The notes beneath the pieces were generated by a model. That model ran no database searches. It was not told the DNA's origin and was given only the letters and a program-made list of their open reading frames with translations. This document shows positions 47,431 through 57,300 of a stretch of DNA of 64,000 nucleotides, piece after piece (positions within the stretch are counted from its first letter, which is position 1; the number at the start of each line of letters is the position of its first letter). The DNA lies in the IMG/VR virus record IMGVR_UViG_3300022752_000001, positions 8,270 to 72,269 of that record; one strand, 5' to 3'. Made by a program: the position numbers and the translations under genes. Source of the stretch: a virus.

Positions 47431-48291
47431 CTACCCGTTAAAGAACCCCGGGAACGTGTATCTTACTGGTTGTTCGTAGCCGAAAGTCGGCTTATTTAAA
47501 CTGTTGGCGTAATCATCAAGCATCATGTTGGTTGCGTTTGACCCAGCCGAATCCCCTGCCCCTGCAAAACTGGACAGCAATCCCGCCAAGCCACCTATAA
47601 TGTCCATACCATTGCCGGCCACTGCACCGCCCTCCATACCCTTCCCCATCAAGGCGCCTCGACTCGGGCTAGTCGAAGACATGAGGTTCTCACTAAAAGG
47701 AGACATACCACCATTGGCATTTGAACTCATTGGCTTACTCATTTGAGCCGATTCTTTTTTTAAAGAGAACTCAGGTTGCACATCTACGGGCTGACTGGTG
47801 GCCTGATTAGCTGCGGGCATTGATGACTTAATCTCGGGGAGCAACCGGTCCACACTCTTCATTGCACCCATGATAGAGTTTGAATACTCGCGGGGATTGG
47901 TTGTGGCGTACCCAGAAGTGGCCAAGGCATTGGCAAAGCCCATAGGGTCTGCTTGCCCGCGAACATTCTTGTACCTATCTGTAGATAAAAACTTGGTGTA
48001 CTCATCCGCGTACTGGTTGAAGTCATTAAACTTTTTGAAGTCGGCCTCAGTATTAATCACCCTGCCGTTGACGGTCTCTTTAGTCGGCATCCGCACGGAC
48101 GGCCCACCCTTCCACTCTTTAATTCCGCCGAAATTATTTGCTGCCTTCGCAAGCTTGCTTGTTCCCCAACCAGATTCCATAGCCCACTGCGCTATGACCG
48201 CATTACTTGGGACACCTAATCTTGCGGCTACGCGTTCGGCGGGGACAACTGCTGCTCTGATGAAGTCGATCTGTTCTTGTCTTGTAGCCAT
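47431..48291 (-). CDS. Glucosaminidase/FlgJ-like (GH73) peptidoglycan hydrolase, probably virion-associated
   Basis: AQ.A.ESGWG, NN.GGIK, T.E and GYAT...Y; low-complexity C-terminal tail. Confidence 0.88.
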   Translation of the reverse strand: MATRQEQIDFIRAAVVPAERVAARLGVPSNAVIAQWAMESGWGTSKLAKAANNFGGIKEWKGGPSVRMPTKETVNGRVINTEADFKKFNDFNQYADEYTKFLSTDRYKNVRGQADPMGFANALATSGYATTNPREYSNSIMGAMKSVDRLLPEIKSSMPAANQATSQPVDVQPEFSLKKESAQMSKPMSSNANGGMSPFSENLMSSTSPSRGALMGKGMEGGAVAGNGMDIIGGLAGLLSSFAGAGDSAGSNATNMMLDDYANSLNKPTFGYEQPVRYTFPGFFNG

Positions 48292-48299
48292 ATGTTTAT

Positions 48300-48327
48300 A
48301 TTCTAATTACTTACGTTTTTTGGTCAA
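48300..48327 (-). promoter_or_regulatory. Sigma70-like promoter
   Basis: TTGACC-N16-TAGAAT ending 8 nt before ATG 48291. Confidence 0.6.
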
Positions 48328-48332
48328 TAATC

Positions 48333-51300
48333 CTACAGCTTTACGCCTTGTCTGATTAGTTCGGGTGTAATTTGTTTCTTGGCGGTCTCTGACGCTTGCT
48401 GGCCAAGCTTCTGTAGATAGTTGTCCAACTGCTCCGAACTCATTCTTTTGGCCATCGCAAAGAAAGACGGGCGTCGCACAACCTGGGCAATAATCTTTCC
48501 CCTCATCTCCCTAAATTTATAGAACTGCTCATCGTTTAGCTGGTAATTACCCACCTTGGTTCCTCGTCTTGCGTCCGGGATAAAGGCGTTCTTGGCCATG
48601 AAGAGTTTAAACAAGGGATCGGCCTCAGAGGTGTTAATAAACCTTTGAAGGAATAGCATACGCTCGGGTCCAGCCGGGGCGTTAACAACCTCACCCAGCA
48701 CGTTGAGTTGAGGTGTCCCGGTCATGCTTTTAAGGATAGGCACTTTATTAAAGAGCCACTTTCCAACAAAGCTCGTCTGCTGTTGCGGGGTGGGTTCGAA
48801 GATCTGGTCGGCTTGTTTGATAACGTTGGGAACAGCGTTGCCCACCGCACCGGAGAAGAAGTTCTGCAATGCAGAAACGTCCTGACCCTCAGACGTTCCG
48901 TCCAACATCTTAAACAAGTTGGACAACCCTTGAAGGAATGATTGGTTGAAAGGTACCTGCGCGACGGCGAGGGCGGCCGAGGTCAGCTTCTCGGTCATGT
49001 CTTTCTCGCGACCTCTTGGGTAGTTGGATTGATCGAACCACGTTCCGACAATCGACAAAGGAATAGCTAGCGGAGTGGAAAGGTAGCTGAGCTTGATGCT
49101 GTTGCCCCCGAAAGAGAACGAGTAAGGAACATACCCGCCTTCTCGCGCCTGTTTTCTTGCCGCCGGATCGGAAGGCCCCCCACCGGTGATAGTAAACCCA
49201 TCATCCTGACCGTCATCGTCCTTATCTTTTAACATTCCAACTAGACCAGCCAGAACCAACATCGCGCTTGTTCCAATAACTGATTGAATGGCGTACAAAC
49301 TGCCCTGCTCTATCTTTTTAATCTGTTCCATTTGTTCAACCGTCTTAGCCAACCCGCTGGTCTTTTTAGTTCCAGCTTCACCCCAAGCTTTAAAGGCCCT
49401 GTATGCGCCGATTGGAGTGTAGTTGATACTTTCGTTGGTCACGTTTGAAACGATCTTTGTGAAAGGCACAAACAACGGAACAAGGATTGGATGCTCCCTG
49501 GACAACGTGCCAATGCCTTCGGCGATGTGCCCAAGTAACCCGTAGGGTTTATTGTTGTACGTCGCATACAGCGACAGGTCTTCAGCCCTGCGCATGATCG
49601 TAGCTCTCTCCGGGTCAGCCTGGATCGCCAAGTCGCGGAGTTCATACACCCGCTTCGTGAAATCCGCCGTACCAGGAGTCAACTTTTCGCCGATAGCTTG
49701 CTTTGTGGCCTGCTCTACGAACGAATCCGTCTGATTGAGTAGTCTTGCGGTCTCTTCCTCGACCGATAGATCGGTTACTCCACCTTCCACATTCTCGATC
49801 GCTTGGATCTGAGCTTGAATAGCGGCAAATCCTTCCATCGCAGAGCGGCCGAACAATGCGTCTGAAGCAGACATAATCCTGAAAATATATTTACCCTTGG
49901 ACAGTACCTTCTTCATCAAGGTATCGGTTCCCATAGACTCAAGGGCATTGATGCTTGCCTCGTCCACGTACTTTCCGTTTGTCCTGGGGTTAATGTCCCC
50001 ATGAAGAAGGATGCCCTTGGCCTCAGCTAAAGCGATGGTGTGCATCGAAGCTAAGAATGTTTTATACCCGAGTGTCATGTATTTGATTGCCAGCGCCGGG
50101 TTTCCTCGGGTAGCGGCCGCGGCCATTGAGTATGTCGCGATGTCAGCGATTGCCTTAAATGCGGTTGACACAAAGTTCATCCAGAAGGTTGCCGGACCGG
50201 ACAACATGGACATGTACCAGTAAGCGGAAACTTGAGGAAGCGCACCCGACTTTGTGGAGTTATGAAGAAGTCTAAGGGCATCATGGAACTTCCTATCTCT
50301 TTGGAAACCGTAAGGTGTCCTTGAAGCATCAACCATCATCTTGCGAAGAGTTTCAGCCGTGTTTACATCGAACGAAGGGAACTTGCCCAGGCTTTCAATG
50401 GTTGAGAGCACGACGTCATCATTGATTGCCCCCAAGGCAGCCAGCTCAAGGATCTTTCTGGCGTCGCCTGAGATAGCATCCTCGATGGTGTTACCTGACT
50501 TGGAGATTGGAGGCTTCACCACTTCATGCATTTCCCCGATCAGTTGCTCAATACGCTCGGCCCGAAGCTCAGCGTTATTCATGCCTTTACGGTTTACAAT
50601 ATTCCTGCGGAGCGTGCGGCCACGTAGACTCAAAGCCTTGCCGAGTTGGGTCTGCATGTTCTTTTGAACCATGTCAGCCAACTCAAATAGCAGGGGCTTG
50701 TTCTCATATTCCGGCAGAAGTTTGGCCAACACGCTGACAAGGTTTTCTCCGCTGAACTCGGCGTAATGATTTCGGATGATAGTGGCTAGATCTTCCTGAT
50801 TGGCCTGTGCCAATGCTGCTCCGTATAGTGTGTTGATCTGCTGGATCAGCGCCTGAACACCAGCATCATTCAGAGTAAGTCCCAATGCTTCGCCTTGAGC
50901 CTGCCTAACCTCTTCCCCGAGCGAATCCAGCTGCTCGCCTACCTTGTTCTTTAACTCGGCTCTTGTTTCCGCAAGTCGAGAGACATATTCACTCACCATC
51001 CCGGATGGTGTGCGCATCAGAAATTCTTTAAGAAGCCTATACCCAATTGAAATTGTTTGGCCCATACCCCGACCCAGACGACTTACCTGTTTTAAAAGGG
51101 TTGTTGCCTTGTGAAGCTGTCCAGTCTCCGTAAACCGACCGATAGCAATGCTGGCTAAGGTGACGATTTGAGTTTGATTAAGATTATAACTCTGATCACC
51201 GATATCCACCAACGATGTTTTGTCCGGGTCTACGGCGGCTGAAGAAAGCCATACAGCGACTTTGTCTGCGCTCAACTCATTTAGGATGCTTTCGATGCTA

Positions 51301-54300
51301 TCAATAGCACCCAGGTTCTTTAAGTAAGCGATCTCTCCTGCTCTGGTTTTTTCTTCGTACGTGGGAACACCGCCCTCGTTTTCAAATAACTCCGCCCGCC
51401 TGGATGCGGCCGCTTCTTGTCTTTGCGCCCCGATAGGTTTTTCCCGGTTTAACGCTTCCCCAACGGAAGCCAGTCCCTCGGCCTCAATACTCGGCTCGTT
51501 AACCGTCGGGGGAGCTACGTAATCAGAGTAGTAGCGTTCATAAAGCTCGCTGACTTTGTTGTACGTCTCGTAAAGACTTCTGGCTCTCGGGTCGGATGAA
51601 GCTTTAAGGGCGCTAAAGAGATTAAAGACCGAATCAAGCACCGTCCGCAACCAACCGAGGAATGATTTTCTTTGCGCCCTGGCGAAGTTATCCATCGCCA
51701 TAATTTGCTGACGGGATTGCCCACGGATTAGGCTCGATACCCGGTCCTGCACCTGAAGGCTTCTTTGAAGCTCCAAGCCTTCGGTAAATATTTTAGCTCC
51801 CCTGCTCTTGTCCAACTCCAGAAGTAGCCGCAAGAACTCAGCCACCAGGACTTCATCGCTTTGCTTGGTTTCCGGGTAAAGTTCGCCAAGAGCTTCCGTA
51901 ACTGAAACCGCCTTTTGCCCAGGTAGTTTGACCTTGAGTCCATTATCTTCTGATCGCAAGAAGTTTGCCGCTTCGCGGACGCGGCCGTTGTAGTAAGACT
52001 CCCAAGATACGCCGCCGTTGGGGAACTGAGCCCTGTATTCTTTACGGAGTTGCTCGAAGTATGAAAGATGCGCCACTTCGTGCGCAATCAGCTGGTCCAT
52101 CAACTGCTCGGTCAGTTTGTCGTACGTGTTTCGAGCTACGGGGTCAAGGAAGTTAATGTCTTTCTGCTGGAAAAGTTTTTCTGCCAGAAGCTCAGGGTTA
52201 ACGAAAATAGTCGAATTTACCGGGTCCATAGGATTGTCGGAACCGCGAACCGTAAACACCGGGTAGTTCTCCGTGGTGTTCGACTGAAAGTTCACGTTCT
52301 TCAACCCCTTGCGTCGGGCCGAGGACCGCAAATACTCCATTGCCTTCTCCTGCCTCTGGTCCTGGAGATTAAGAAGGTTAGAATCAAAACTTACACCCGC
52401 ATCGGCAAACCCTTCTTCTGTCGCGTACTTGGAGGCTCCTGATACATCCGCCTCAATCTTCCTTACCCTGGAGATGTTGGCCTGCTTGCGGTAAGGGTCG
52501 TTGACCTTGCGCATCTCGTTAAGGACGTAGGCAGGGTCGAAGGAGCTCCGGTTTTCAAAAGCCGGCAGGAGAACATTAAACAAAATATCGCGAACACGAG
52601 CCCTGTCGTTTTCAGGGCTGATAAGCTCATCCGGGCTTAGCGTTCCGTCAAACTTACCTACCGGGTCCAGCAGTTGCTCGAATAACTGCTCCCTTGTGGT
52701 GCCATTAAATTTGTAGATTTGGTTTAGCCGATTAAGGATAAGTTCTGACGCATCCTTTAACGACGCCATGGGGCTGTTTGCGAGAATGTTTAAAAGGGTC
52801 TTCGGCAATGCCCCCACTCGCTTTGGGTTAGCGGCAAGGTTGATTATCCTTGTCTCTGGAGTTGATTTGTTGCCGATAGGAATTCCGGCCTGCCGAATGT
52901 CCTTCCGCAGCTGAGCCGCCCGGTTTTGTTCATCAACAATCTCCTGCTCATATTGCCGAAGCGCCTCACGTACTTTTTCAGCATCCGCAAACTCCTGCAT
53001 GTCGTTGCGTACAAGCTCCTGAAGAATCCCTTCGTATTGTTCTTTGGCGATTTGACCGAGAACAGCCGGCTCAATGAAAGAGGACGGAATGCCAGGCAGT
53101 GCCCCGAATATCGAGTTAAGGAGCTTGCCACTGAGAAAGCCCTTACCCTTTCCAGCATCACCAATTTGCGATTCTTCTTTAAGTTTGACGGTGGGAAACA
53201 GAATATCCAACTGGGCGTTGCTTTTGCCGAACACCAACCCCTGCTGGGCTTTTTCATCACCTTGATACACAGTAGGGACATAACCCGCAGTAAATCCAAA
53301 CCCTTCGCGCATAACAATGTCATGAACCGCCCGCCTAATGAAAGGAAGTCCTTCCCTATACTCAGCCATCTGATTGATAAAGGCTTCGTACTTTTTCCTG
53401 CGTTTGTCTTTGGTTGGTAGTGTTTCATATTTGTCTAGCTCCGTGTCGTATGAGTCACCTGCTAAATCTTTTTGGGCGTCATAGTCGTTGCCGCTTTGGT
53501 CCGGCAAGAAGGCAACGTCGATAGCCTTTGATTCTGTTTCATTTGATTCGACCTTTTCCGTTGTCCCTTCCAATGAGACGAAGGAAACCTCGTTTATTTT
53601 CATGTTAGCGGCAATACCCACTACCCGTTTTGCCAGACCGTCAACGCCACCATAGCCCTCAACTGACAAGGCAGTCACAAAACCGTAAAGCGTATTTGTA
53701 GGACGAGACTCGTTTAAGTACTCATCGCCAAACTGTTCGCGCATGTCTTCGTACTCAGAAAGAATCTTATTGAGCACGGCGTTGAGTTTCGCGCCATCAG
53801 CAGTCTTACTCATTAAGAGGGTTTCAATAAACACTCTGCGCATCAACTCACTATCCTTAAAAGTCTCGGTCTGATTGATATTAAGATTGTCGACCAGGTT
53901 GTTTGCCTCTTGCTCCGGGATACCGCTTTTCTTTACGCGACTCAGGAAGTGCTCTCTTGGCCGCCCCGACGTGTTCGGGAACTTCCTAGAGACACCCGCG
54001 TTCCAGCCTTTGGTCGTATCGTTGGCGTCCACCGGGCTGTACACCACACCACTATTAAATACGTTAACCGCATCTTCAATGAGCCTCGGCAATAGACGAA
54101 GTTCATCGGCGTCGAAAGCTCCCTCGTTAATAGCCTGCTGGAAGCGAGACTCGACATTCTCCAGGAATAGATAGTTCTGCTTCTCCCTTGTCTTTAGGCT
54201 CATTATGTTCGCGAGCCCCTTCTCTAACGACTCACGCGTCTTTCCGAATCCGTCTAGGTAGGACTGAGCAACGGCTTGAAGCAAGAGAACTCGGTTCTTA

Positions 54301-57300
54301 ATTTCGTCGTCCGAGAAAGTTACGTCATCCAACGAAAGAGTATCCACACTGGCTGCTCTCTTTTCCCGCAACCATTCGTTAATGTTGTTGCCAAGATCGA
54401 TAGCTTGTTCACGCGATAGAGCTGCAACCTCTCCAGTAGTCATTCTTCTTGCCCCATAAGGCAACTGACCAATCCACTCACCTTTAGAGTTATCGTAAAC
54501 CCCGGTCAGGTAAAATCCGTCGTCGGTAGCATCAAAGGAAACGACATTTTGAAGCGCCTGAAGCTGTTGGTTAAACTCCAGAACATCCCTTGAAACAAGA
54601 ATAGGACTGCTAGAATCCTTAATCGTACTTAATATATTCTGATACGTGCTTACCAGATCCTGAATACTAATATCCTTTGGTAGAAAGATATATTGGCCCA
54701 GCTTATCCTGCTCTGCGGCTACAGCGGTAGCGGCTTGGAGACTCTCTTCTTCGGAAGCTACTTCATCTGTCGGACGCTGTGGAAGCGGAGCTTTATCTCC
54801 CATGTACTCACCCGTGCGAGGATCTGTAATTCCTGTAACGATTGCGTAACCATCTTTGGTCGTGACAGGCATCTCTTTGCCCGTCGTTCTGGCAATATAG
54901 GAAATTCTTGGAAGAACAATCATCCGAACGTACTTGCCTTCGGGGTCTGCTTTGCGGATCAGCTCAGCTTTTTCTGGCGAGATCAACATGCTTAACCTAG
55001 CAGACTTAACTTCCTTAGCCCCCTCGGCTGGTTCAAGAAGCCTATTATAAGCCACTCCACCCATTCCTCTGTCTACCTCGCCCGCGCCCTTCTGTGTTTC
55101 TATTTCCGGGATAGATTCGTCGGCAAGCCCTTCCTCAAACCTTCGCTCACCTTCACTCAACTGCTTATTTACGGACGGGATAGTTTCTCCAGTGGGGCTA
55201 AAAGCCGGAACGGTATCCCCAACTACGCCGACCCCACCCCCAGCAATTTCTTCCTTAGTGCCTAGTTCGATCTCTTTATTAAATTCGTTTTCTTGGGTCG
55301 CAAAGAACGGCTGAAGGAGCCTGTAAAATACGCTTGTAAAGTCCTTTGATAATCCAGCTACAGGAGCTTCGGATGTTACAATTCCGAAGGCTGTTTTCAT
55401 CTCGGTGACCATGATGCTGTCGCCGTGCCTGACGACGCCGGTGAAGATGCCAGGGTACGCTCGCACAAACTGAATAGTGTCCTGATCTGCAATAACTACG
55501 GGTTCGCCACGGGCCAGTTTTTCTGACACATCCAACGCAAACCTACCTCTCCAGTCGGTGCTTGGGATTTCACCAAGCAAACCCTTAGCCTGGGCCCAGC
55601 TCATATCTCGGAGTTCTTCCGGGGTCAGTGCTTTTTGAGCCGACATCTCACGAGTATCGAAAGCTTTAAGAGAGGTGGTCGGGTGTAAAACATCCGTATC
55701 CGGCACGATATTTACTCCGCCTGCATTGGGTATAAAACGGTTTCTAAATGAGAACGGCAACACGCGCAGGACCTGACCCTTGTTGTCGTACAAATAAAGG
55801 GAGTTGGGTTTAAACTGTTTTTCTAGGCTGCCCTCTTCCGTAAGTCCTGTGGTATCCGCGGGTGTAAACTTAGCCGCAACTGGGTTGACTGAGCCCGTAA
55901 GTTCCCCTTTCGCAAAGGTTTGAACTTGGTCTGGCCTTACACTTAAACCAGAACTCCGTTCAACTGACTTAATGTCTTTAGGTTTGTAGATTTCGAATAT
56001 TGTTTGAACTGATTGCGGGTTATAAACTTGGCTTTTTAATTTTGGGTCTCGGTCAATATACTTTAATGACCAACCCTCTAGATTTTCCCAAGCGGTACGA
56101 CCCTCTGGAGTTTGCAGGTCGGGAGCTACAACAGAAGTTACTACGTATTTTGTAGGGTCATTTTCAAAAGTAATGATATCTCCTACCCCTGCAAAGGCTC
56201 TGCGTGTAGTACTCCTTCTTTTACCGTCTTGAATGAGTTGTAGCGTGGTCGTTCCTCTTGGGTAGTTATTTTGTAAACCGGAGCGCAACGCCTCTTTCGG
56301 CATAGAGTAACGCATTGGTATATTGGCGGGTTGAGCCTCATTGGTAGGTTTGGAAGACTCCATGTAAGGCAAGAAAAGATTGAGGTTCGCTAAAGAACCT
56401 GCGCGAGGGTCCCTGGCAATTGCTTTAGCCAGCATCTTCATGTACGTGCCTGGCTGGTTCAACGCGTACGTGTTTTCGTCGCGAACAGCCAAATACATTT
56501 CCGATGCAATCTTCTCGTTTTCAGCGTAATCCTTAACAATGTTAAGCGCTTCTTTTAGCAACCTTACACTTGTCTGGGTTGGTTTAGATTCTGGTTTATA
56601 AGCGTTTATGGTGTTTAAGGCATCCTGAAGTGTTGCCACTTGCTGAGGTGTTAAAGTCTTAAGCGCGGGCATTGATTTTGTGCGCATACGTTCTGGGTTA
56701 TTGTCGAACAACACAGACTCAATATGCTTGGCCAGGTCCTCCGCAGGCACCGGCACGCCTGATACAGAGTCGTTCGCAAGCGCGGGTCCACCTTTAAAAA
56801 CCTGACTCATATAACTTGAATTAACCTGCGCCCCAATCGGCCGCGCGGCCTCTTCTCTCGGAGCGAGTAGTTTATCTGGCTCAGCCTCATTAACCTGCCC
56901 GCCAGCCTTCGCTTGCTTTACCGCTTCGGTTTCACGCTCGTAAATCTTTGAAATGGTTTTCCGATACTCGGGCGTTACTGGAGAGAAATAGTCGAGGTCC
57001 ACAAGATACTGCCGGCCAATCGCGTTTTTGGCCTCAATGGTTTGCGGATTGGTCTGTGCCAGCTCCGCGGCCGTTTGAGTATCTACCTCGGTCCCAATCT
57101 CGGACACCCCGTTAACCCGAACAAGGAAAGTCCCCTTCTTAGAGTTTGCAAAAGCGGTAAACGGAAAGGACGAGAGTTTAGTAACCCCACCAGGAGCAAC
57201 GGCCGGATTGTATATCTTACCCTTTTTTGGCGTGCCAACGATCTCCCGGCGGCGCTCGACTTTTTCGGCATTGGCGGCTGACAAGAGCTCGCGAGCCTGA

